64,000 bases of DNA from Chlorokybus atmophyticus (lineage: Eukaryota > Plantae > Mesostigma and Chlorokybus algae). Below the pieces are notes generated by a model. That model had not been told where the DNA came from, did no database searches, and saw only the letters and a list, made by a program, of their open reading frames with translations. Below are positions 1 to 10,606 of the stretch, in pieces. The translations under genes and the position numbers were made by a program. How positions within the stretch are numbered: position 1 is the stretch's first letter; each line of letters begins with the position of its first letter. The DNA lies in NCBI GenBank assembly GCA_009103225.1, contig RHPI01000385.1, positions 337,392 through 401,391 of the forward strand, in the 5' to 3' direction.

Positions 1-1
1 G

Positions 2-1039
2 ACAGCATTAGGTCACACTGCGGTTGCAGTTTTTGTGGATCGTTTGACAAAAATGGTCCACATTGTCCCTTGTCGCACGGAGATAGGCTCCCGTGAGTTG
101 GCGATGGTTTTTGTCGCGTCTGTGTTCAAGTTGCATGGCTTGCCCCGCAACTTCGTGTCAGATCGCGATCCGCGATTTGTGGCTCAGTTTTGGAAGTCGC
201 TATGCAGCTTCTTACACATTCAGCAGAACATGAGCACTGCTTACCATCCACAGACGGATGGTCAGACAGAACGCGCCAATCAAGTGATTGAGGAAACCAT
301 CCGGCATTATGTGAGCCCGAATCAGAGTGATTGGGATATTTATCTCCCAATGGCTGAATTTGCGATCAATAATGCATGGCAAGAGAGCGTGCAGGAGACT
401 CCGTTCTTCTTGAATTACGGAGTGCATCCACTAAGTCCTGCGAACATTAAGTTGCCCGCTACTGACGTGACTCGCGTACCTGCAGCGCGCGAGATGGCTT
501 TGGCCATGCAGGATAGGTTAGCGTTGGCAAAAGACTGTCTGCGCGCAGCGCAAGACAGACAAAAAGCCCACGCTGATGTGCATCGTAGAGAGGCCACCTA
601 CGATGTGGGCTGTTCGGTGCTTTTAAGTACCAAAAACGTATCCATCAAGGGAGTGGGTACCCGCAAGTTTTTCCCTCGCTGGATAGGCCCTTTCAAAGTG
701 ACTGATCGGGTCGGCACTCACGCGTATCGTTTGGACTTGCCAAAGTCGATACGCATTCACAATGTGTTTCACGTGAGTGTACTGAAACCATACCGTTCTG
801 ACGGTCGGGTTCAACCTCCTCCACCCCCCGTTGCAGTGGATGGCGACGATACTTTCGAGTATGAGGTGGAAGCAATCCTGAGTCACCGTAAGCCTCGACG
901 CGGACGCGCGCCGTCTTACTTGGTGAAATGGAAAGGGTATGGTGTTGAGCACAACACGTGGGAGCCCGAAAGGAATCTTACCAACTGCCAAGAGATTCTT
1001 CGGAGGTACTGGAGTGTTGTGTCCACACGCGGACGGTAA
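2..1039 (+). mobile_element. Ty3/Gypsy (chromovirus) pol C-terminus: integrase core, GPY/F module and chromodomain; runs off the left edge
   Basis: Open frame with integrase motifs (FVSDRDPRF, STAYHPQTDGQTERANQ), the GPF motif WIGPFKV, and a C-terminal chromodomain EYEVEAIL...YLVKWKGY...NTWEP (about 857-1012); stop TAA at 1037-1039. Confidence 0.97.
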
Positions 1040-1149
1040 AAGGGTGCTGGCAGACATCTTTACCGCTTCGGCCCTGGTTCTCTCACTGCTTTGGTTCTCG
1101 GTGCTCATGGTGGGGCTTTGCTAACCCTTCAATGAGGACATTGAAACCT

Positions 1150-1162
1150 AAGTCGGGGGGAA
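1150..1162 (+). mobile_element. Polypurine tract of the chromovirus
   Basis: AAGTCGGGGGGAA lies downstream of the pol stop and directly abuts TGTAAC at 1163. Confidence 0.9.
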
Positions 1163-1501
1163 TGTAACGGAGTGCTACCTCTATAGAGGTTCCCCGCCCT
1201 TATTTAAGATTAAATAAGGGTCCCAACGGGTATATACAGCCAATTAAGCCGTATTAGGGCCGTTAACCTAGTGTTAAGGCCCTAATGTAGTGTTACTTAA
1301 CTGTAACACTGATATCGACATGAGACATGAGTCTCATGTCGATATCAGCTGTATGGCGGCACTGCTAACGCAGCAGCCGCTATAGCCAGGGGATCTTCTG
1401 CTTCGGCAGTTGCCCCTGGCGGCGGCGGTGTGGTCGGCGTGGCTGGTGGTGGTGTTGGGGTAGGGGATTAAAGGGAGGAGGTAGCACCCCCTCTCCTTAC
1501 A
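1163..1501 (+). mobile_element. LTR (339 bp) of the chromovirus
   Basis: Starts TGTAAC right after the PPT and ends CCTTACA just before a PBS; imperfect terminal inverted repeats (TGTAAcGGAG/CTCCTTACA and GTGCTACC/GGTAGCAC). Confidence 0.9.
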
Positions 1502-1502
1502 T

Positions 1503-1514
1503 TGGTATCGGAGC
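1503..1514 (+). mobile_element. Primer-binding site, tRNA-iMet type
   Basis: TGGTATCGGAGC, one nucleotide after the LTR end; 11/12 match to the canonical plant iMet PBS TGGTATCAGAGC. Confidence 0.85.
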
Positions 1515-1857
1515 GCGCCAAACAAGTGATTGAGGAAACCATCCGGCATTATGTGAGCCCGAATCAAAGATATTTATCTCCCAATGGCTGAGTTTGCGAT
1601 CAATAATGCATGGCAAGAGAGTGTGCAGGAGACTCCGTTCTTCTTGAATTACGGAGTGCATCCACTGAGTCCTGCGAACATTAAGTTGCCCGCTACTGAC
1701 GTGACTCGCGTACCTGCAGCGCGCGAGATGGCTTCGGCCATGCAGGATAGGTTAGCGTTGGCAAAAGACTGTCTGCGCGCAGCGCAAGACAGACAAAAAG
1801 CCCAAGCTGATGCGCATCGTAGAGAGGCCAATTACGATGTGGGCTGTTCGGTGCTTT
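1514..1857 (+). pseudogene. Diverged second copy of integrase region 272-about 622, fused directly to the PBS
   Basis: Near-identical to 272 onward but with several substitutions and a net 8-bp deletion near 1567; ends at the single N at 1858. Confidence 0.9.
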
Positions 1858-1858
1858 N

Positions 1859-3000
1859 ACATTGTGCCCATCTGCATGCAAGGTCACACGACCTCGACCT
1901 TTGCGTACACTGCAAAGTTTTGTGTCCACGTCTGTGCGCAAGCCACATGCTTGCTCCCAGTGGCTGCCAACAATGACATCCACGCCTGGCACCTCTACTG
2001 GGATGACCAAGAACTTGAGCTGAGCATGATAGCCTTGCACACGCACAGACAAGCGTACAACTCCCCGCACGGGGATCTTAAGCTTGTTTAAGGCAACAAC
2101 CATGTCATCACACTTGCTGACACGAATGCCTAAGCGTCGCACAAGAGATTCACTCACGAAGTTCTCAGGTGTGCCCGTGTCTATCATCAAGATGCACGGC
2201 ACATGCGCAACAGAAGCCTTGAACAACCTAGTCAAGTGAAGAGTACTTACCTCATGGATGGCAGGGGGGTCATACAACACACGCATCTGCCCCTTACCTA
2301 GCTTGACCTCTCTCAGGACCTGCATGCCTTTAACAAAGCTGGTCCACAACCCAGGACGCTTGGGTACAACCACGCATGCACTTGTGTTGTGCGCACTCTT
2401 GCTCTTGCAATCCACATAGTCACTATGTGCACGGTGCTTGAGCATGTTTGACAACTCGTCAACAGGTGCATTGAGCAAGACACACTTGCCTGCACAGTAG
2501 GCTGCATGAATTGAGTATCTACCTGTACACCCAACTCGTTCTCCCACACAGCGACATTGCATGGTTGGGGAAGGCGTGACATCAAGTCACTGAAAGCACA
2601 TTGCGTATTTACGTCCACATAGCAGCTAGCCATTGGCAATCCCTGTTGTACACATGGCTTCTTGCTCTCTTCATGTCCCTCATACATGAGAGCATGGCCC
2701 CGAGCAGCATCAGCTTCAGCTTCACAGAGCTGTGCTTCACGGCTACGCTTCCGCTCTCGGTGGTTCTGTACACTTGCATCGACAGATGCACCAACATGTC
2801 CCTTACTTGGGATTGCACAGTCAACGATGTCACTTGACCGTTGCCATTAAGCTATGTTGGCCTCGTGTTGTTGCTGTAACGCTGTTACCTGCTCACACAA
2901 CGTGGCAACCAAAGTGGTAAGCTGTCGGGTGGTCTTAGCAACATCATTGCCCCAAGATACCTCCTCTCTTGCTGTATGCTCTTGCTCAGCCATTGCCACA
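1859..3000 (-). mobile_element. Degenerate Ty3/Gypsy gag and aspartic protease (second element, opposite strand)
   Basis: The minus ORF has the retropepsin motif LMIDTGTPENFVS...DVIVGSHW; upstream frames are broken and only loosely gag-like. Confidence 0.8.
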
Positions 3001-3336
3001 AAGGTTAGGGCCAACACCACAAGGTGAAGTCCCTGTAACGTATGCACTCACGCGCACACGCGCGCACACACGCGCACACGCGCAGCTGGTACAGCAACAA
3101 GCCAATGCGTGTGTAATGCTGTGTATGTGCAGCAAGAACACACAACCAATGCTCAAATCAGCGTGTAGAACGACCCACACCGTGCATGCAAGTGTGCACG
3201 CAGCTGGACGCACCAACTAGCATGCACAATCAGCTCAAAACCCTGCCATGTAGTGCGTGCAAGCAAAGAATTCAACGCACGCACGGTGCAGCAAGTGCAT
3301 CAGCTGATGGGCAAGCATGCAAGGCTTTGAATGCAA

Positions 3337-3348
3337 GCTCCGAGTCCA
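3337..3348 (-). mobile_element. PBS-like sequence of the minus-strand element
   Basis: The minus strand reads ...GTTACA|T|TGGACTCGGAGC, the same LTR-end/spacer/PBS geometry as 1501-1514. Confidence 0.65.
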
Positions 3349-3789
3349 ATGTAACGATACCACTCACTTACTTGCTGGGCGGCTTGGCAAACTTATGCAC
3401 AAGCACAAGGACTTACTACTGGAAGCCCTACCAGCGTCACTGGTGCAGTACCTTGCAGAGGAAGTCACAGCACCGCACCAAGGAAGGAGAGGATGACACC
3501 AACCTCTCTACTCAGCTCCCACACACTCACACACTCAAGCACACCTCACACACATGTGCAAAGCTGCCACGGACATCACACCCCACATGGGATGAGAGGG
3601 AGAGCCCCTTGAACAACTAAACTAGGCACCCCACACACAAGAGTCGAGTATGCACATGCTGAGCTGCCTTAACACATGTTGAGGCCGTTCCTATACCCTC
3701 TCTTTGCTGCTCTCCGACCTAGAACATCCAAGTCCAAGGCTGCATGCCTTGTCATGGCTGCGTTGACCACAACTCATGTCTAGGGCTGC

Positions 3790-3950
3790 CACATCAGCCC
3801 TTGGACCTCTTTGAACGCCCAAGACTGATCACACATCAGCCTCGGACATTGTAAACGTCCCTAGCCTGGTCACATCAGCCTAGGACATCCCACACATTAT
3901 CCTTGGACGCTGTGAACGTCCTTGGCTGGTCACATCAGCCTAGGACATCA
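3790..3950. repeat. Degenerate tandem repeat with core CACATCAGCC(C)T(A/T/C)GGAC, about 4 copies
   Basis: CACATCAGCC recurs four times; CTGGTCACATCAGCCTAGGACATC occurs twice, 60 bp apart. Confidence 0.8.
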
Positions 3951-3954
3951 TACT

Positions 3955-4135
3955 CATGCATACATATGCATCCTTATGCATACATATGCGCATATGCACA
4001 CATATGCGCATGCATGCATATACACGCATACATCTAGTACATACCTCTCATGCACGCATATGCACTCATATGCGTACATGTGCACACATATGCAAACACA
4101 TGCATACACATGCGGACATATGCACACATATGTCT
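3955..4135. repeat. Low-complexity CATA/CATG/TGCA repeat
   Basis: Visible (CATATG/CATGCA/CACA)n tract. Confidence 0.85.
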
Positions 4136-5900
4136 CTGTANTCTGTACCTCACATGATGTCTCATCGGCTATGATCAGCCCTGTGCTTGCCATCATGCCT
4201 TGTGTAGTTCATCATGCTCAAGGCGCACAGGCTCTAGAGCAGACCTACATGAGAGCACACCCACAAGCACTACACACGCTTGCGTAGTGTGGGTCCCCAC
4301 TTGGTCTCATCTTACATACCACATAAGTAAGGGACAGAGAATAATTTTTGCCTGCCCTGTGGGCGTGACAATATCAATGCGATACTGTCACGTCGATGAA
4401 ATACAATAAATTATTTAAATATATCGTTGTTAAACTGATAATATTGCTGTTTACTTTATTGTGATAAGTTCAATAATATATAAAGGCATGTTTTGTAAAC
4501 ATCATGTATTGTACTCACAACCAACGTATGTATTGTCCATATATAGTTTTAATCGGATTCGTATCATCGTATTACAATCCAAATTTTTATAACCAATGAA
4601 TGAAGCACAGTCGAAGGTAAACATGTTTATTAATTTACTGTAGCATCGCTATATCTGTTTTTTGTATTAACAGCCAACAGTAAAAAGCAGCTTTACTCAA
4701 TGTATTCTCACATACAGCTTGTGTTTGTATTATGTCGCGCACATTCCCTATAAAGTTGACACGGGTCAAAAACGTTGGATGCTTGCAATGTATTTGTAAC
4801 ACATACTATTGAAGACTTATGGAAAGATGTTACAATGTTGGTGTATACGCATGAAACACAAATTCCAAGAGCTTGTAACTTGTAACGTATGAACAATGCG
4901 AATATTGTAATGCTACTGTATATTATTGCCCACCAGAATGGTCCACATGTCTTTCAACCGCACTTATATAATATACATCATCCTGTGTGATGTCTTATGA
5001 TACATTATGTGGTTGCAATCCAATAGTTATCGCAGGATTAACTTTGTCAACATTATTGTATATATGTACTCATTTACTCAACGTTTATACCATTAAAACG
5101 CATGATATGATGATCAAATGGCAGTATGCAAGAGGATATCCGCTGACGGTAATGAAGCACCACCTCTATTGACCAATGTTGTGCTATTGCTAAGTCAATC
5201 AATGTCTTGATTTCTTATATCACAAATTGATTTTGCAAGTAGAAATAAATATCTTACTCATATGAGTATGCTTATTAACGCGATAATCTGTTGTTGTGCA
5301 ACATTTGACTTGATTTATGAAATTTCACATGTCAACGTTTGGCAGTCGTTAACATGTGAAATCAAGGTTAGTGTGTCTCATTGCTCTGGTGATACTTTGC
5401 TCAGCATCAGTAAGAGTGAGTGTTTCATGTTGGTCATCAGATGCTGAGCAAACTGTTTGCACATGAAAATGGTTGATCGCACGGTGGAACTTTGCAAAAG
5501 TCCACTTCCAGGCAAGCAACATACTTGGCTGGCAACTTCCCCATAACCTTCCAACAAAATGCAGGCCGCGCGCCGCGAGCGGCGTTTAGCAATCGTCGCT
5601 GGCAGCGCTGGCAACGGTCGGCTGCGTTTGAAAACTTGCTTCGAATCGGACGGCACGATATCGGACATCGGTGCGGTGTCAACCGTCCGATCCACGTGGG
5701 GCCGGTGCGTGGGCGTGTCTCAAGCACGCCCCGTCGGGCGTAACGCGAGCCAACGGAGCGTAATTGACCACGGCGTCATCCAACAAAGCTGCCTGCTTCA
5801 CGTTGCTCCTGGCGTAGTGACGGGCACGCGTGGTTGGCGGCGGCGGCAGCGGCGGCGGCAGGAGGAAAGGGGCTGTGGCTGAGGGCTTCGCCTGCCCGTG

Positions 5901-6553
5901 ATGAACCACGGCATGAGCAACGCCGTTGCGGCCGCCGCGCCTTCCCCCGTAAGCGCCAAGCATGGAGCGAGGGCGCCAGCGCAACCCGTCGACTCAAACG
6001 CCGTCGCCCGCCGCCTGCAGCAGGAGCTCGCCGCCCTCATGGTAGGCGTCCTTGTGCTTGTCGTCATTGTCGGCATTGTCATTGCCGTGGTCGTTCCTGT
6101 GCATTCTAGCAAACACTTGTGACATGCGCTGGCTTGCAGATGAGCGGGGACGCGGGCATATCGGCGTTCCCGGAGGGCGACAGCATCTTGGCGTGGTCGG
6201 GGAGGGTAGCAGGGGTGGCGGGCACGCCATACGAGGGGTTGACATACAAGGTGTCATTGCGCTTCCCCAGCGAATACCCTTACAAGGCGCCGGTCGTGAG
6301 GTTTGAGACGTCTTGCTTCCACCCTAATGTGGACGCCCACGGCAACGTCTGCCTGGACATCCTCAAGGAGCAGTGGTCCGCCGTCTACAACGTCCGGACC
6401 GTCCTTCTCTCCCTGCAAGCCCTCCTTGGCGAGCCTAACAATGACAGCCCCCTCAATGGACATGCTGCCGCCCTCTGGTCCAACCAGCAGGAATTCAGAG
6501 CCCTCGTGCACAAGAAGTACCGAGAAGCCGAGCAGCCCAACAGCAAGCAGTGA
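5901..6553 (+). CDS. UBE2C: Ubiquitin-conjugating enzyme E2 C (APC/C partner, UBC19/20-like); 2 exons (5901-6041, 6140-6553)
   Basis: RLQQELAALM|MSGDAGISAFPEGD...FHPNVDAHGNVCLDILKEQWSAVYNVRTVLLSLQALLGEPNNDSPLN; catalytic Cys present; GT-AG intron 6042-6139. Confidence 0.93.
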
Positions 6554-7441
6554 GGTACTTGCACAAGCAACAGCTCAACATGAATCGCACACGCACATGA
6601 GTTACTGCAGCAGTCGCAAACACAACTCGCTGTTTCGCAGACATTTGTGTGCCATGCCACGCGACGCCCCCCACTCCCCCTCTGTAAAGACAACAGAGCA
6701 CCTCATTTCAGCGCTAGCTTAGCTTAGGTAGGTATTTGGTTAGGATGAGAGCTTGCAGTGTAGTGGGCGAGACACTCAGACACTGCAGGTCCGATCTGTA
6801 CAGCCGGACACATGTGCAGCCAGAGGTACTATGTACTGGTGATAATGCTATACAGTTATTCTTTGATATGTGATGGTCGGTGACTGCATGTATGGTGTGT
6901 ACACATGGCATTGTGCACTTAGAAACAATGGCAGAGTAACATTGTGCAAGTGTTGTAAGCATGAAATCCTGATAGTGACACTGTCACTAAATTGTCACTT
7001 GTTGTGATTGTCATTGTGCATGCATGCACATTATGCAGCACATGGGTGCCTCAAGAGCATACAGGCATAAGCACAGTGAGCATATCTGCATGTGGATGTC
7101 AATATAGACACGCGTGGATATTGCTAGTATTGTTGAGGACTTTTTTGGCCACTTAGTATTGAGGCATAGTGCCATGGTGGGGTGCATGTTGTTGCACTGC
7201 AATGTGACGCACATGGTGGCTTCGTTTGCACCTCATGTTTTCTGGTTGTGTTGTGTGCACACATAAATGACTTGCTGCTATTTGTGTCTACGATCTCAGT
7301 AAATAACCATAGCCCTAGTGACATAAGCAATGGAAAGCTGCACTGTCGATGAGCATGGAAACAACTGCTTGCCAGAGATGACCTGTCACGTGCAGCACCG
7401 GTGCAAGTCCACACTTCATCACTTCATGCACTGCTGCCTGT

Positions 7442-9689
7442 TCAGTTGACGCCATGGGCGTCTACTGTTGCCTGATATCTGTTGACAGCATTTTCAACAT
7501 CTGCTTCTCCGCCGAGTCCGCCCAGTCGCCATACAGCTTCTTCCTGTCTACCTAGGAACAGAGTGTATTCAGTAACAACAGGACAGCTGTAGCGCACGCA
7601 GTACATGAAACAACCTACCTGTCGGCTTTGTTCAATGAAGAGGTTCTGTCTTTGCTGATGCGCAGCCAGAGCTTCTGCTGCACCGTTCCCACCCAGACCA
7701 TACACTTGAACATCTATAACTGGCACTTCCAATGCAGTATACCCCTGCACAACTGGCTTGGTGAGTTAGTGAACACATACCAACCCTCCGAAGGACATCT
7801 TGTTCTCAACTCACTGCACCTGTTCTGGTAGCAGGCGGCCAGGGTTGTACGTAGTGTCATGTGCATGATGCTGCAGAGTGACAGCTGTTGAGTCTCTATC
7901 CAACCACAGCCGCAGGCCGGAGGCAAGGTCTCCACCGAACCCGAGGCCTTCAGGGAGTGTGTTGGCTCGGTAGCCCCCGCCCGCGCTAAGGTGGCAGTAC
8001 ACATATGTGGATCCCTTACGAGAGGTCCTGATCACACGGAACTCAGGGCTTACGCTGAACAAGCAGCTGTAAGAAGAACCAAAGAAGGTGTCCTGCTGTT
8101 TGAGGCCATCTGGCAGGTACGCGGCAATGACGGCCGTAGTGCGCGCTTCATCAGGCCGGCGCACTGCGAGCAGCAGCAACACGGGACCTGCATACCCCAC
8201 CACCTGTACACGTTGAGATGAAGACTGCAGAAACACTGCATACTCGGCACCTGCACCGAAACAAAGCATACACATACCTGTGCTGTGAGCCTGTTCAACC
8301 CGCTGCCATGAACTGAAGCAGCATAGAGCGGTTCAGGGACATGCCAGCTGGTACTGCCACGGACACCAGCTTGATCCAACAACCAGAACACCTCAGGAGT
8401 CAGCAGCGCTGAGCCATGTTGTGGCTGCAAATTCAAAGATGTGCCATGCTCCGCAGGTTTGCCAACATCATGATGCGCTGTATCCAGCAATCTCCTCTTC
8501 AAATAGCTTGCTGCAATGTCTGCAAGGCCAGGGCTATGATCCCCAAGCCATGTTGCTGCGTCGGACATGGAACAACCCTCTGTATGGTCTGATGCAAAAG
8601 ATGACCCCAACGAGGATGCCACTGATGACGGAGTGTCGGCAAGTGCAGATGAGCTCATTCGCCAACAAGCATCCACCAGCACCTGTGCAAGCATATCACC
8701 GCTTGGCATTGCCAATGTCACGATTGGCCATGTCGTTTTTAGCACACTGTCTTGAGTCATTGCGGCATAAACACATGAACCTGGTCAAGATTGCAACTCC
8801 GACACGCACGCATACGAGCATATGAAACACCAAATCCACGACCGCCGCTGTGGATTGCAAGCAAGCAAGATGTGTATGCAAGCGCATGAGATGTGTGGAT
8901 GTGTACACGTTCATGGCAAGCACATGTTGCAGCCCTTGTCCACACCACAGTGTTGATTATGATGGAAGAAAGCAGCATATGCATGCATTGCAGCGTACCC
9001 TCACACCTCAATATCCTTTTGACAAAGCTTTCCGCTGCTGTCAGCAAACCCTTCGGCAAGCATGCGCAGTCTGTCAGCTCTGCTGCACGCAGATCCGCAC
9101 CAGCGAGCTGCACCAGCAGCGAACGCTGCATAGTCGACGCTGGTAGGCCGCGAAGTGGAAGCAGCAGCAACTTCACTCTGCAAGCGAAGCAAAGTGTGAC
9201 TCACATGACAACAACAACATCTGACGCAGTCACAAGTCATATGGTATGCATGACCCTACAGTAAACGTAGCGTCTGCTTTCTTTGAGCTTGAGACCAGAT
9301 CGGTTAAGCAAATATAGCCCTGTAGATGTACCTCCCAGGCTGAGAGCAGTGCACGCGACGCTTCCTTCCCGAGGTGGACCTGCGCGCAAGCCAGAGGTCA
9401 GCATGTTTGCAGCATAAGCGCAGGATCAACAAGCACATGAAAGTGTATCACATGCAACGTAGAGCGAAGAGTGAGTGAAGAATGAGTTCCCAAGCAGCGC
9501 ACCACTGTGGATGAGCCCTACCCGCAGCTCAACCAGCGGAAGAAGCTGCTGCGAGCCAGCTAGCTTCCTGAACAGCGCTTTCAGCGCCACCGCGGCATCC
9601 CCGCCGAGCTCTACATCTGCCTCAGCTGCTCTGCCAACTGTCCTGCTAGACGTAGCCGCCGGCGCCGCCTTCGCCTCCCCGTTGCCCAT
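7442..9689 (-). CDS. TLDc-domain protein (MEAK7/plant TLD-type) with an N-terminal MG myristoylation-like start; multi-exon
   Basis: Exons encode PLYAASVHGSGLNRL, FFGSSYSCLFSVSPEF, GLGFGG...RLWLD and DVQVYGLGG; start MGNGEAK at 9689; stop at 7442-7444. Confidence 0.8.
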
Positions 9690-10606
9690 GTCGCCGACCA
9701 CAAGGCTTACTGTGGCGCACAGCTCTCTCTTACAAGCAGAAGCACTCCGATTGCACTCGGTCTTTGCGCCAAGTTCCTGCGCGTCTTGCCGGCACTTGTC
9801 TGGCATTGCCCTTGTGGCGTAGCCGGCGATCTCAGCTGCATTGACCGTCGAAGGCATTCACGCGAAGCTTGTGGCAGCTGAGCTTGAGTGCAGTGTCGCT
9901 GGCGTTGAGCAGGTGGCGCGTGTGGGCGGCGTTGTTGAAGCGGACGAGGAGATAGTCGTAATGGTTTGAATTTGAACCGGCTGTGCTATGTGTGAGGCTT
10001 TTCCGGTTGACTGGAAGGTTGCGAAAGCCGGCGATTTTTTTTCTGCGGTGTGCTGCTTGGCCAGCTAGATTGACGGGGTGTAGGGCGTAGGAAGCTTTAG
10101 CTGGAGCTCAACTTATCTAGTTTGCTGTGGTGAGGACTTTGCCGAGAGGCGCCACATCAACCGACAGGCAACTGGGCTGGGAGCTATCAACACGCTGCCC
10201 GTTCTCGGTACTTTAAACTCTAGGTAGGGTGATCTATCTCTACAAGCCTGAATTTGTGCATTATCAATTGCAAGCAACTCAATACTGGTCGGCATGTCAT
10301 GCTGTGGTTCTTGTCATTGTCGAATGCACATGGCATGAACCGTATGTACACAAACTATTCCAGCGGTTTGTCGATGTGATGAGTGCAGCTTCTCTTGTAG
10401 TGTATTGACAGCCAATGGCCTATGCGATGCGAGTGCGCGTTGCTATGGTCTCGTCTCTTTACTGTAGGTATCAACCCCATGGCAAGTGGTTTTCATGCGC
10501 CATGCAGAGGGACTCACTCCCTAGCTTGTGCACAAACTAGATGTGCAACCAAAGGCTTTTAACTTTGCGTTGCTTTGCGTTTGCAGTTAGAAAACGTCTG
10601 TCTTCA

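Larger units (their letters stand above)
3350..4370 (-). mobile_element. Putative 5' LTR (about 1 kb) of the minus-strand Gypsy element
   Basis: The minus strand starts TGTCACGCCC at 4370, where composition switches to AT-rich, and ends GTTACA at 3350 before the PBS; no second LTR is in the window to confirm the outer boundary. Confidence 0.55.

Noticed and set aside
5611-5757. MSA-like AACGG elements upstream of the mitotic UBE2C gene
   Set aside because: Only two 5-mers with poor flanks, within chance expectation.
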